The notes: generated by a model not told the origin, from the letters alone. Numbered from the stretch's first letter, positions 51,116-60,409 are shown. The stretch is 63,403 nt of DNA from Desulfatiglandales bacterium (GCA_035529575.1 DATKWM010000066.1:1-63403), one strand, 5' to 3'. Translations and numbers: made by a program.

Positions 51116-51498
51116 GAATAGAACAACAATATTATGAAAGGAGACATTAGTTCCAAAACGACTTGTGATAGTGCAATCGATACATGTTTGATAAACTCTA
51201 ATCTGTGATATCCATCCATCAGGCAAAAATATCATCTTCCTCAAAATCCTGTGATATGTCTGACAGATCCACACCTGGATCTAATTGCAGGTATCTGCTA
51301 TGTATCCGTAATTCCAGTAATATCAGAAATGTTGTGATATTCAAATCGTAACCCAACAGCCTATTCGGTTTTCTTATTTCTCGGTCCCAACGCGGATCAG
51401 AAATGCACAATAGCGGATGAAACCTGAAAAATCCTCTGATTAAATGTTTCTGCTATAAATCATAAGCCAGCCCACCACCGAATACTTTCCAATACAAT

Positions 51499-52284
51499 TT
51501 GAATACTGAAATAAAATCAGTTAAGATCCCTGTCATGGCACGATTAAGCTCTCTCGAAAAACGTTATAGGCGCAGACGAAAGGTTCTCCAGGGATTCCCC
51601 TGGGAGGGTAAATTTCAGGCCAAAGAGGAGGTCTATAAGTATTTTTCAGGCGATAGGATCCAGTGCCTACTGTGCGGAAAATGGTTTAAGAGGCTTCCCA
51701 CCCATTTAACAGCGATACACGACATGACCTCTGATGAATACAGGGAACTTTATGGCCTGCCCTGGAAGCGTGGATTGTGCAGCAGAGACCATAGTCTGAA
51801 GCTCAGTGAAAACTTGAAAAAAAGGCACGCCAATGGATTCCGACCGGATTTAGAAACCGCACGAGCGAGCATCAACCATTCAAAGCGAAGGCCTGATCAA
51901 CCGTTTTTTACAAAAATCAGGGCTGAGAATGTCATATCAGGTAACAAGAGAAGGAAAAAATATTTCCCTGAAGATTTTCAAAACGTTTTAAAAAGAATAC
52001 TGGATGAGCATAAAACCCTTGCTGAAGTCTATAGAGATCCTGACATGCCTACTGAAAATGCAATTTATCGCTATTGTAAAAGAAATCAAGAATTCAGAAA
52101 AGCGCTTGATGTAATATACGAAAAGCTTCCCTTTTCTGTACAGGCACGAGCAAACAAGCTATCTGAAGACAAATTTAGAAAAGCAATATTAAGCCTTCAG
52201 CAATCTGGTTTTTCAATTTCTGAAATCTCAAGATTTTTAGGGGTGGGTGACAATACGATTAGACGTAGGTTGAATTCAAAATGA
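51499..52284 (+). CDS. MucR/Ros-family zinc-finger regulator with an extra C-terminal HTH
   Basis: CLLCGKWFKRLPTHLTAIHDMTSDEYRELYGLPWKRGL matches the Ros/MucR C2H2 finger and its flanking motif. The C-terminal ISEISRFLGVGDNTIRRRL looks like an HTH. The start (TTG at 51499 or an internal ATG) is uncertain. Confidence 0.65.
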   Translation: MNTEIKSVKIPVMARLSSLEKRYRRRRKVLQGFPWEGKFQAKEEVYKYFSGDRIQCLLCGKWFKRLPTHLTAIHDMTSDEYRELYGLPWKRGLCSRDHSLKLSENLKKRHANGFRPDLETARASINHSKRRPDQPFFTKIRAENVISGNKRRKKYFPEDFQNVLKRILDEHKTLAEVYRDPDMPTENAIYRYCKRNQEFRKALDVIYEKLPFSVQARANKLSEDKFRKAILSLQQSGFSISEISRFLGVGDNTIRRRLNSK

Positions 52285-52432
52285 AGCAGTGGCCAAATGT
52301 TAACCATTCGACCATAACTTTTTTAAGGAAAGAAGTTACAATTTTCCAGGGGATAGGGTGATATCCCCGAAAGCCGATTTTCCTGGCCGGTTTCCCCTGG
52401 ATTAATTACCAGGCCGCTACAGGAGGCGGGAA

Positions 52433-53368
52433 ATGATACAACTAAAAAAATTTATAACAGGGAAGGAAGTTTTAGGGATTTTAGATATAAAACCCTTTCA
52501 ACTTTTTGAGCTGGTCAAGGGGGTACACCTTCAAATTTATAACGAAATAGGAAGGCTTACGGCTCCCCCAAATGCCCAAAAAAATATAGATGAGCTTGGT
52601 AATAGGCTGCAAAAAGAAGAAAACGAATTAGAAAGACTTAAAAATGCTTGGCCTTTGTTGCGCCTTAGGGACAAGGTTAAATCTAAAAAAACATGGGAAT
52701 CTAAATTGAGCGAGGGTCCAGTTAAGGGCATTTTCGTATTCAAAGATATGTCATTAGCACAAGAAGACTTGGACTACTGTCATATACGGGAAAAAAGGAT
52801 TGAAAAAACAAAATCAAAGATATCAAATATTGATCGTTCATGGAGAGATTTTGAATTGCCAGTATCCGGGGCAACAGAGGTTTTGAATTATGTTGTTGAC
52901 TCTTTTTATCTGGAAGAGGAGGTTCAAAAACATCAAAGGTTTTTACCAGAAGGTAGTTATGTATCCCAACCAAAAGATGTTGAGCAATCTGAAAAATTTC
53001 CTGATTTGAAATTGAAAAAGGAAGAACATTTCAAAAATCCGTTTTTGATGGAATTACTTAGAGAAGTCAAACCAGAAATGGAATTTCTTTTTAATGAGTT
53101 ACAGGACGCTGTAGGATTTCAATATGCTAATAACCCAGATCGTGAAAAAAATTTGCAAAAAGAAGCAGAAAGTCTTTTAGCTGATCCGGAAAATAAACTT
53201 AACAGGTACTTTATAAAGGAATATTTCCAAGATCAAAAAATTTACAGCACAGATCCTAAACAAACACGCCGAGATTTTATAGGACCTTTACTGAGAAAGA
53301 TTGTTAAAGATCAAATCAAAATAAAGATTGGAGGACAAAGACTTTACGAGAGATACAAGGAAATTTAA
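52433..53368 (+). CDS. Hypothetical protein (element-encoded)
   Basis: 311-aa ORF with a GGAGG RBS and no recognised motif. Confidence 0.55.
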   Translation: MIQLKKFITGKEVLGILDIKPFQLFELVKGVHLQIYNEIGRLTAPPNAQKNIDELGNRLQKEENELERLKNAWPLLRLRDKVKSKKTWESKLSEGPVKGIFVFKDMSLAQEDLDYCHIREKRIEKTKSKISNIDRSWRDFELPVSGATEVLNYVVDSFYLEEEVQKHQRFLPEGSYVSQPKDVEQSEKFPDLKLKKEEHFKNPFLMELLREVKPEMEFLFNELQDAVGFQYANNPDREKNLQKEAESLLADPENKLNRYFIKEYFQDQKIYSTDPKQTRRDFIGPLLRKIVKDQIKIKIGGQRLYERYKEI

Positions 53369-53535
53369 GAATCCTCTACTAATTTCCTCTACTAATTTTT
53401 TATCTACTTTAAAATATTAATGAATACAGTTAGTTATAACCTCACCGACTAACCCGCCTAATAGTAGCCAAAGTATTTACAGGGCAAAGCATATCAATTA
53501 AGCTTGTAGATAACCGCAAGAGAAAGCGGATATTT

Positions 53536-53766
53536 ATGAGCTTTTTTTATGGGAGCAAAGGCATGCAAAAACAATATCTGACAGAAAGGGAGGTTTCCAA
53601 GTTAACTGGCAGGGCTTTGAGCACTTTAAGAAATGACCGTCAAAATGGAGTTGGATTTCCTTATGTGAAATGGGGCCGATTCGTAAGGTATAGGAAGCAA
53701 GATGTCATTGAATTTATGGAAGCACGGAAGGTTATACCTGAAAATGAGGGACCTAAAAATGAATAA
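53536..53766 (+). CDS. AlpA/excisionase-family HTH protein
   Basis: YLTEREVSKLTGRALSTLRNDRQNGVGFPYVKWGRFVRYRKQDVIEF matches the Xis/AlpA/MerR-type HTH pattern. The probable true start is the internal ATG (MQKQYL). Confidence 0.6.
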   Translation: MSFFYGSKGMQKQYLTEREVSKLTGRALSTLRNDRQNGVGFPYVKWGRFVRYRKQDVIEFMEARKVIPENEGPKNE

Positions 53767-53983
53767 AAAAGAAGAAAAGGTGCGAAAGAGAGACCTATCA
53801 CTTCAATCTTTCTATCTGAAAGTGCATGGGCTGGTTAAAGGACTTGAGTCTAAATATCCAGAATTAAAGTTAGTTAATGATGAACCCAGCAACAAGCCTT
53901 TAGCAAGGAGTAATATCCTTTACCTACATAGAATAGGAGAGGCTAAAAATGCAGAATCAGGCAAGGCTAAAAACCGTGGATAA
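53759..53983 (+). CDS. Hypothetical small protein
   Basis: The ATG at 53759 overlaps the preceding stop codon region. It is the 74-aa version of the tracked 53702-53983 ORF, and its 3' end overlaps the start of the next gene. Confidence 0.35.
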   Translation: MNKKEEKVRKRDLSLQSFYLKVHGLVKGLESKYPELKLVNDEPSNKPLARSNILYLHRIGEAKNAESGKAKNRG

Positions 53984-54980
53984 GCCAAAAACAGCGGAAG
54001 AGGCAAGCCGGAACTTTGAAGAGCATTTGAGGCTTACATGTCCGAATTGGACTGAAAGGCAGATTATAGTTGCCTTGGATGATCATCGAGTTAAAAACCT
54101 TGGGCTCCCGCCATTAGCTGAATCAAATCTTACAAAAGAAATTGAAGAGTGGATCTCACGTCTTGATGGTGAATTTCAAACAAGGGAAGTCTTTGACGAG
54201 CTGGCAATTCCCATCAACAAAAAAGGTACTGTCTCAAAGATCCTGGCACGCCTTATTGAGAAACGGATTATTGAACGAAGCGGTAAACAGAGGGGCCGCT
54301 TTCGACGTGTTGAAACAGAATTAGACTTAATAGACATCTTTAACTGTGATGAAAAGACGGTCAATATTCAACTGCCTTTAGGGATTCACGAGTTTGCAGA
54401 GATCATGCCTGGAAATATTATCATAGTGGCCGGTGAGCCCAATATGGGAAAGACAGCACTCTTACTCAACATAGCTGCAAGCAATATGTATGATTTTGAT
54501 GTCTCTTACTTCTCATCTGAAATGGGGGACCGGGAGCTAAAAAAACGGCTCAAGCTATTTGAGGATGTTCCTTTTAAGGACTGGCGAAAATTCAAACCTT
54601 ATGCCAGGAGCGAGAACTTTGCAGATGTTGTTAAATCAGGAGAAGGCAGTTTAAATCTTATTGATTTTTTAGAAATCCATGACGAATTTTACCTTGTAGC
54701 AAAATACATCTATGAAATTTATCGAAAGCTCAATGGCGCCGTGGCAGTAATCGCTTTACAGAAAAACCCGGGCACACCCTACCCATTAGGAGGCGTGAGG
54801 AGCTTGGAAAAAGCACGGCTGGCAATAACCCTTGAAAGGCACAATAAAACTAATGTGGCCGTCATTCGTAAACTCAAGAATTGGAAAGGCAAGGAAAATC
54901 CAAACGGTAAACAGATACAATTCAAGCTCGTACAGGGGTACAAATTCATTACTTCGGATGTTTGGTCAACTATAGAATGA
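53949..54980 (+). CDS. Replication protein with a DnaB-C-terminal/RecA-like ATPase domain
   Basis: Walker A segment GEPNMGKTALLLNIA, followed by YFSSEM (compare DnaB FSLEM), IDFLEI and IALQKN segments. The N-terminal region looks wHTH-like. Confidence 0.65.
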   Translation: MQNQARLKTVDKPKTAEEASRNFEEHLRLTCPNWTERQIIVALDDHRVKNLGLPPLAESNLTKEIEEWISRLDGEFQTREVFDELAIPINKKGTVSKILARLIEKRIIERSGKQRGRFRRVETELDLIDIFNCDEKTVNIQLPLGIHEFAEIMPGNIIIVAGEPNMGKTALLLNIAASNMYDFDVSYFSSEMGDRELKKRLKLFEDVPFKDWRKFKPYARSENFADVVKSGEGSLNLIDFLEIHDEFYLVAKYIYEIYRKLNGAVAVIALQKNPGTPYPLGGVRSLEKARLAITLERHNKTNVAVIRKLKNWKGKENPNGKQIQFKLVQGYKFITSDVWSTIE

Positions 54981-55118
54981 AAATGTCAACTCATGTCAAC
55001 TAATTTGAATAGTAGACATCAAATGTCAACTGTGTCAACTAAAGCTAAAAATATAGTAATTAGGGGTATTTAAATAATGTCAACTAAGGAAAAAGAGGGG
55101 CGAAAAACAGAGTTGACA
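54964..55118. repeat. Iteron cluster (putative replication origin of the element)
   Basis: (A/G)TGTCAACT occurs at 54983, 54993, 55023, 55032 and 55077. There is a near copy, GGTCAACT, at 54964 and an inverted copy, AGTTGACA, at 55111. The cluster lies directly downstream of the DnaB-like gene. Confidence 0.7.
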
Positions 55119-55266
55119 GTAGTTACTCACTCTTACCCCCCCTTAAACCCCCCCGTAAGAGTAAGAGTATAAGAGAATACTTAAAGAGACACGCGCGGGA
55201 GTACATCATTTTGTGACAATCGTTATCACAAAAATAAAGGGTAATTCATAGTTACAATAAGGTTAC

Positions 55267-55506
55267 ATGGCGGCTAAAAACCATAACACCAAAGGCTTAA
55301 AAAAGGCGCAAGGGATATACAATCCTTTGACCAAGAGGCTTTTTGATTTGAAAGAGGCGAGTGTTTACCTGGGAAGGCCGGTCTTTAGTGTGCGTACCCT
55401 TATATGGAAAGGAGTTTTACCTTGCGTCAAAGATGGGAGGAAACTCTATTTAGATATCCATGACATGGATGCTTATATCGAAATAAACAAAGAGCGGATG
55501 GTGTGA
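55267..55506 (+). CDS. Excisionase-family HTH protein
   Basis: 79 aa. LFDLKEASVYLGRPVFSVRTLIWKGVLPCVKDGRKLYLDIHDMDAYI fits the Xis-type HTH. An imperfect palindrome, TTTTGTGACAA/TTATCACAAAA, lies upstream at about 55210-55235. Confidence 0.6.
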   Translation: MAAKNHNTKGLKKAQGIYNPLTKRLFDLKEASVYLGRPVFSVRTLIWKGVLPCVKDGRKLYLDIHDMDAYIEINKERMV

Positions 55507-55694
55507 GAGGGGCAATGAGCGAGGGAAGGATAAAAAAGGTACTTGCAAAATATATTTTTTCAAAGCCGTTTCCGTCAGCTCGATATTCGCCTACTTGTAA
55601 CAATAAATTCGAGGTACACAATACACAATTCAACGCTCAGGTGAGAGATAATGATATTTATCGGAAAACCTTTAAATTTATAGAGGCATTATAA
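55503..55694 (+). CDS. Hypothetical small protein
   Basis: 63-aa ORF with a GTG start. It overlaps both neighbours by a few nt (its stop TAA shares its last base with the next ATG, TAATG). No motif recognised. Confidence 0.25.
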   Translation: MRGAMSEGRIKKVLAKYIFSKPFPSARYSPTCNNKFEVHNTQFNAQVRDNDIYRKTFKFIEAL

Positions 55695-57310
55695 TGCAAT
55701 CAGCATCCGCAAATTTTTTAACAAAAAACGCTCTTGCGTATAAAAGCCCTGTATATCTAATTCATTTCGATGGTGAATCTACAGATTATGTGACCTCTGC
55801 ACAAATAGGGAATCCTGATAATACCTTGGATTCATGCATCAAAAAAATAGCTGGGGCTTCTCAGAAAATAACGCCAGAAGAAGGCCGTTCATCTATAGGG
55901 GAAATCACTGTATCAATATTGGATTATGATGATGAAATTACCGCTTTGATTGCAGGCGATACCTATAATCTCCATAGAAAAAAGACAACCATAAAAGCTG
56001 GGTATGCCGGAAATGATGAGGCCGATATGCTGACCATTTTTACCGGCTGGGTCACGGATATTCAATTATGGAGTGATGGTCTTGGATATGACATTACAAT
56101 TACGGACCTTCAGCGATGGATGCAAAGAAAAATATTCCGGGATTCAGAAACAACGCCGGTAGTTTTTGGTGGCAATCCCATGACGATATTACTCAGGATT
56201 CTTACCTCTACCGGGGCCGGAACAAATGGAGATTATGATACTCTTGCCGCTAAAAATGCCCTGGGTATAGATGATGATCTCATAGCTGTCAATCATATAG
56301 AAGCTGAGCGCGATAAATGGTTCGCGGGCGTAAATTTATCTTTTGATATTCGGGAAAGAATCACGGCAAAAAAGTTTCTTGAAGAGGAAATCTTTAAGCC
56401 TTGCAATATCTATCCAATCATAAAGGGAGATGGCACATTCGATATAAAAGTTTTCCGGCCACCATTGCCTGAAGAGTGGGGAGATGTTCAAACCTTTGAT
56501 GAGGATACAATAATTGGGATTCCGAAATGGAACCAAAATTTGAGCGGGATGATAAATGAATGTGAATTTGATTATGATTATGATGCAGACAATGAGGAAT
56601 TTGATACACAAACATTTTTCCTGGATAGCACTTCCATTACAAACCGTGGGCCTGGTAAGAAAGCTCTTAAAATAGAATCAAAGGGAATTACCACAGCAAA
56701 AAGCGGATTGGAATTTATCACGAGAAGAAAAAAGAGGGTATTCAATCGATACGCTAATGGTCCACCTCCTGAATTAAGTTTTTCTACCTTTTTCAATAGG
56801 CAACTTTCTGAGGCTGGTGATGTTGTGCCTATTACCCATTTCCTTGTACCAAATTTAGAGACAGGTGCAAGAGGAATTACAAGAAAATATCTTGAAATCA
56901 TAAATCGTTCTATCGATTGGCAAAAAGGCCAATGTAAATTTACCATGCTTCATACTCAATATGATGGGAAAAAATATGCAGTTATTAGTCCAGCAGGAAC
57001 GGTTTTATCTGGTGCAAGTACAACTATTTTTACCCTCGAAACCGATGAAGGGGCAAAGTTTGAGGAAGGCTGGGTAATAGATATATTTTTTAAAAATATG
57101 GTGGCAGTGGCAACAAATTTGACGATTACCGATATTACAGGAGATCAAATAACCGTGGGCTCTTCTATAGGTGCAACACCGGCGGCAGGTTGGAAGATTA
57201 GCTTTTCGACTTACGATAATTGCACCACTGAGCAAAAGGATTTTGCTTTCATAGCTGATGGCTCAAACAATCTCGGGGCAGCAGATGATGATCCCTATTA
57301 TATCTATTAG
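55694..57310 (+). CDS. Hypothetical 538-aa protein (possibly phage-structural-like)
   Basis: Long uninterrupted ORF with moderate complexity. No catalytic motif recognised. The structural or tail-like idea is only an impression. Confidence 0.6.
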   Translation: MQSASANFLTKNALAYKSPVYLIHFDGESTDYVTSAQIGNPDNTLDSCIKKIAGASQKITPEEGRSSIGEITVSILDYDDEITALIAGDTYNLHRKKTTIKAGYAGNDEADMLTIFTGWVTDIQLWSDGLGYDITITDLQRWMQRKIFRDSETTPVVFGGNPMTILLRILTSTGAGTNGDYDTLAAKNALGIDDDLIAVNHIEAERDKWFAGVNLSFDIRERITAKKFLEEEIFKPCNIYPIIKGDGTFDIKVFRPPLPEEWGDVQTFDEDTIIGIPKWNQNLSGMINECEFDYDYDADNEEFDTQTFFLDSTSITNRGPGKKALKIESKGITTAKSGLEFITRRKKRVFNRYANGPPPELSFSTFFNRQLSEAGDVVPITHFLVPNLETGARGITRKYLEIINRSIDWQKGQCKFTMLHTQYDGKKYAVISPAGTVLSGASTTIFTLETDEGAKFEEGWVIDIFFKNMVAVATNLTITDITGDQITVGSSIGATPAAGWKISFSTYDNCTTEQKDFAFIADGSNNLGAADDDPYYIY

Positions 57311-57447
57311 GAGAAACTATGGCTCAGATTTCAAGGAAAAACAAAAGGTGAAGGTTCACCTACATGGGATATAGAGATCGTTGAAATTTGAGGGCAAAAT
57401 GGCGCTATTTGAGAGGTGTGGAGGGATAATTCGGAGACGGTCAATAT

Positions 57448-57669
57448 ATGGCAGAATTAATCCTTGATGCTGAGGTTCGGTTAGGGGAGTTGTTGGAAAA
57501 GATAACACCTAAAAGAGATAAGCAAAGTTCCACTCAAAGAACTTCCCTTCCTTCCCTCCCCCCTAACATAGACAAACGACAATCCCATTATGCCCAGCAG
57601 ATAGCGAAAATGGAGATTGGTTGCGCTGGCGCAACAGGCTTTATTTGTGAACTGATTAGGCTATTTTGA
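57448..57669 (+). CDS. Hypothetical small protein or gene remnant
   Basis: 73 aa. The N-terminal ELILDAEVRLGELLEKI resembles the start of a common phage/plasmid protein family, but the remainder looks truncated. Its flanks are related to the R1/R2 repeats. Confidence 0.3.
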   Translation: MAELILDAEVRLGELLEKITPKRDKQSSTQRTSLPSLPPNIDKRQSHYAQQIAKMEIGCAGATGFICELIRLF

Positions 57670-57748
57670 GGGCTTTTTAGCCTGATTGTTCTTTGAAAAT
57701 TAAATAAATTATGAGAACCGATGGCGGGATTAGTGTAAGCTAATGAAC

Positions 57749-58915
57749 TCAGCGGAGCTGAACATCCATCCAATCAGGAATTCCACTCTTCACAAAGCGC
57801 CTGATCGCATCCGCCACTAAAGAATAACCATTGTTTAGAGTTTCAGATATATCTTTACTCTTTAAAGCATCAGGAGGCACACGTCCAGTATGTATGGCTA
57901 TTGATCGTAGTTTATATAAATCGCCAATTAGACGAAACACTTCTTCTCGCTTGGTTATTTCTTTCTCTATATACTTAGCAACTCTCAATTTTAATCGAAA
58001 AGTGAGTTCACCACGATCATCAGACAGATCACTCAGGAAAAGGGATTCAAGAGCTATACCAAGATTAATTGCACTATCTACTTTGGATGATCTTCGAATA
58101 GCCATAGCCAAACGTTGCATAGGTAAACGAAGAGCATCCTTCTTATCCTCAGTTAATGATTCAAAATCACTAAATAACTTAGTTACGATTTGACAATGCT
58201 CAGTCGTCCACACAGCATCTCGTACATGCTCGGCAGGGTGTGGTAATGAGTAGCCTACGCCAATTGTAGGAGCCCATTGAGGAGGATCAAGCCACGTCAC
58301 TATAACTTCGGGTGAAAAAGGACCTGACGCTGCAACACATAAAACTGCATCATTTATCGCCACATGATCTATTGGAGTTAGTTTGTATTCATTCTGAGAG
58401 ACATGCACTTTAGGGAGCAGTCTTTCCTGAACAAGAGCGGCACGAGGCAATCTTCCTAATGAAAAAAGATTATCGAAGATAGTGGGCTTATGATACGACT
58501 CAGGAATATCCGTCCAAGACAGAAGAGAAATTCCACTTCCTAATTCACAACGATGTTTTACTTTTAGTCCACGTAATCCATAAGTCAGACGAAATGGGAT
58601 TTTATCGGATTCAATATATTGTATGAGATCAGAAACAGCTTGGACAGAACCTACTTCTTTTCCTCTTCGAAATAGCCAAACTGCTAAGTCACGTATTTCC
58701 ATGCGAGTGGCACTACCTGCAATTACCTGCATTTTGCCATTAAAAATCTGCAATTCATCTTGAGAGTGGAGGGATTCAAGCAAGGACCCAATTGTTGGTT
58801 CATACTTAGCAGGATCATTCACTTGGAAGAAATGGGCAAAATCTTCATTATTTTTATCGTTCTTACTTGCATTTAAGCAGGCTTGCAATTTACTTGCTAT
58901 TAGTTTCTTTTCCAT
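57749..58915 (-). CDS. HEPN-domain protein (ApeA-like candidate abortive-infection RNase)
   Basis: 388 aa. The C-terminal helical domain contains LYKLRSIAIHTG, an Rx4H HEPN motif (R337-H342, nt 57890-57907), preceded by LGIALESLF. The N-terminal domain is uncharacterised. Confidence 0.65.
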   Translation of the reverse strand: MEKKLIASKLQACLNASKNDKNNEDFAHFFQVNDPAKYEPTIGSLLESLHSQDELQIFNGKMQVIAGSATRMEIRDLAVWLFRRGKEVGSVQAVSDLIQYIESDKIPFRLTYGLRGLKVKHRCELGSGISLLSWTDIPESYHKPTIFDNLFSLGRLPRAALVQERLLPKVHVSQNEYKLTPIDHVAINDAVLCVAASGPFSPEVIVTWLDPPQWAPTIGVGYSLPHPAEHVRDAVWTTEHCQIVTKLFSDFESLTEDKKDALRLPMQRLAMAIRRSSKVDSAINLGIALESLFLSDLSDDRGELTFRLKLRVAKYIEKEITKREEVFRLIGDLYKLRSIAIHTGRVPPDALKSKDISETLNNGYSLVADAIRRFVKSGIPDWMDVQLR

Positions 58916-58989
58916 GAATCTTCTTTTTCTTCGGATAGGTGTTGAATTCTTTTAGACTTTTTATACTCTTCTAAGCTTATTACTTTCAT
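58900..58989 (-). CDS. Truncated paralogue of the small ORF at 60523-60702
   Basis: Hand-translated 29 aa, MKVISLEEYKKSKRIQHLSEEKEDSWKRN. It shares MKVI.L.EY.K.KRIQ with the 59-aa copy and overlaps the HEPN gene start out of frame. Confidence 0.25.
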   Translation of the reverse strand: MKVISLEEYKKSKRIQHLSEEKEDSWKRN

Positions 58990-59175
58990 GGGGTCTGCTA
59001 CCCCTCTTTTGGATATGTTGAGCTCCTTTTTTACAAGGTTAGAATAGCATTTGAGGCCTGAAATGCAACGAAAAAGATAAAATGAATGATTACCTACATA
59101 GGGGTATGGAGATCGTGCAGCCTGGGGCGGGAAATGGCGTTATTTATGGGGTGTGAAGAACTATTTTGAGGACTT
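58935..59175. repeat. Direct repeat R1 (about 240 bp), paired with R2
   Basis: Near-identical to 60650-60888 across TTATTACTTTCATGGGGTCTGCTACCCCTCTTTTGG...GAAGAACTATTTTGAGG. A partial third copy lies at 57358-57425 plus 57655-57676. Confidence 0.85.
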
Positions 59176-59208
59176 TGATTTAGATTTTTCATGGTGATTT
59201 GAGGAATA

Positions 59209-59721
59209 TCATTCGGAATTCCCCTGCGATCTTGTCGCTTCCCATGTTTTGTAATCAAAAAGGATAGATGCAACAATAGATTGCTCAACAGAAAATTGAT
59301 CTGAAATTCTTACAACTTCATTAAAATATGCAGTTTTATCGAGTGCTAAAGTATCATAAAAGGAGAGTTGCATCTTGTCTTTCATTTCATCGGATGAGAT
59401 TCCTTTCTTTTTTTTCTCATTCGCTAATTTCATTAAACTATATGATGTATCTGTCTTAGATAGATAACTATCTATAATGCTCTCAATGATTTGTACATCT
59501 TTATTATACTTTACTGCTAATAATGCAACGATTTCTTGATCCGGCTTCCCAAAAAGCGATTGGAATTTTTCTTTCAATTCTATGGCTTTTTTTTGACGTT
59601 GTGATTCTTCTTCTCTATTTTCGCATGAGGATATCAGACAAATGGTTCCCAACATAGCAATAAAGAAAATATAATTCCACATTATCAAATTTGAGGAATG
59701 AGGCCTTAATAGACGATTCAT
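59209..59721 (-). CDS. Hypothetical lipoprotein
   Basis: 170 aa with an N-terminal hydrophobic helix ending in the lipobox-like LISSC. Confidence 0.5.
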   Translation of the reverse strand: MNRLLRPHSSNLIMWNYIFFIAMLGTICLISSCENREEESQRQKKAIELKEKFQSLFGKPDQEIVALLAVKYNKDVQIIESIIDSYLSKTDTSYSLMKLANEKKKKGISSDEMKDKMQLSFYDTLALDKTAYFNEVVRISDQFSVEQSIVASILFDYKTWEATRSQGNSE

Positions 59722-59815
59722 AACACCTTCGATTAAGGGTTATTTGGCACTAATTGTTCTTTGAAAACGTGAATAGATGGGGAGATAGCAACCAATGTTG
59801 TTTGATGTATTGGAT

Positions 59816-60409
59816 TCACCAAATTTGGAGACATCTAACAATACCTTCTTCGTTGTAATGTAGAAGCCATATCTCTGCAAACCAATGTCCCAGTGGAATC
59901 CATTGTGAAAGTTGTCTATGCGTAGCATCTTCTTTGTCCTTTATGCCTAACCTCTTGTTTAATTGTTTATGTTCCTCAAGCATTTTATCTCTTTCAAGAC
60001 GATTCTTCTTATAAAATTCTGGGTCAGATATTCTTATGCGTCCAAAACCCCTACCATCGATTAATAAATGCCGAGAACAAACCACCTCTCCTAATGCTTG
60101 TCTTTCTACCGGGTCGATAATGTCTACTACTAATCGTGACCAGTTTATGTCTTTTACATCTTCTGCCCCTATGTTTGGCTCGACCACTTCTATTATTAAT
60201 CGTTTCTGAAGGCGAAGGAAAACCATCAGGTCGGCAAAAATAGGGTTCTGTTTCTTTCCTTCAGTAAAAGCCATTTGATAAATTTCAAGAGCTGGAAATT
60301 TGTGCTTTGGAATGCTAAACATACTCCTTCTTAAACATTCAAATTCATAGTGTGTACCTTTTCTAAGATTGTATTGCTCAACAAAAACCTGGACGATTCC
60401 TTTATCCAT
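59816..60409 (-). CDS. Hypothetical protein
   Basis: 197-aa ORF with no recognised motif. Confidence 0.5.
   Translation of the reverse strand: MDKGIVQVFVEQYNLRKGTHYEFECLRRSMFSIPKHKFPALEIYQMAFTEGKKQNPIFADLMVFLRLQKRLIIEVVEPNIGAEDVKDINWSRLVVDIIDPVERQALGEVVCSRHLLIDGRGFGRIRISDPEFYKKNRLERDKMLEEHKQLNKRLGIKDKEDATHRQLSQWIPLGHWFAEIWLLHYNEEGIVRCLQIW

Noticed and set aside
53702-53983. 93-aa form of the ORF as listed in the track
   Set aside because: Its first 19 codons overlap the preceding Xis-like gene in another frame. The ATG at 53759, which overlaps the upstream stop, is the more plausible start, and even that ORF remains low confidence.
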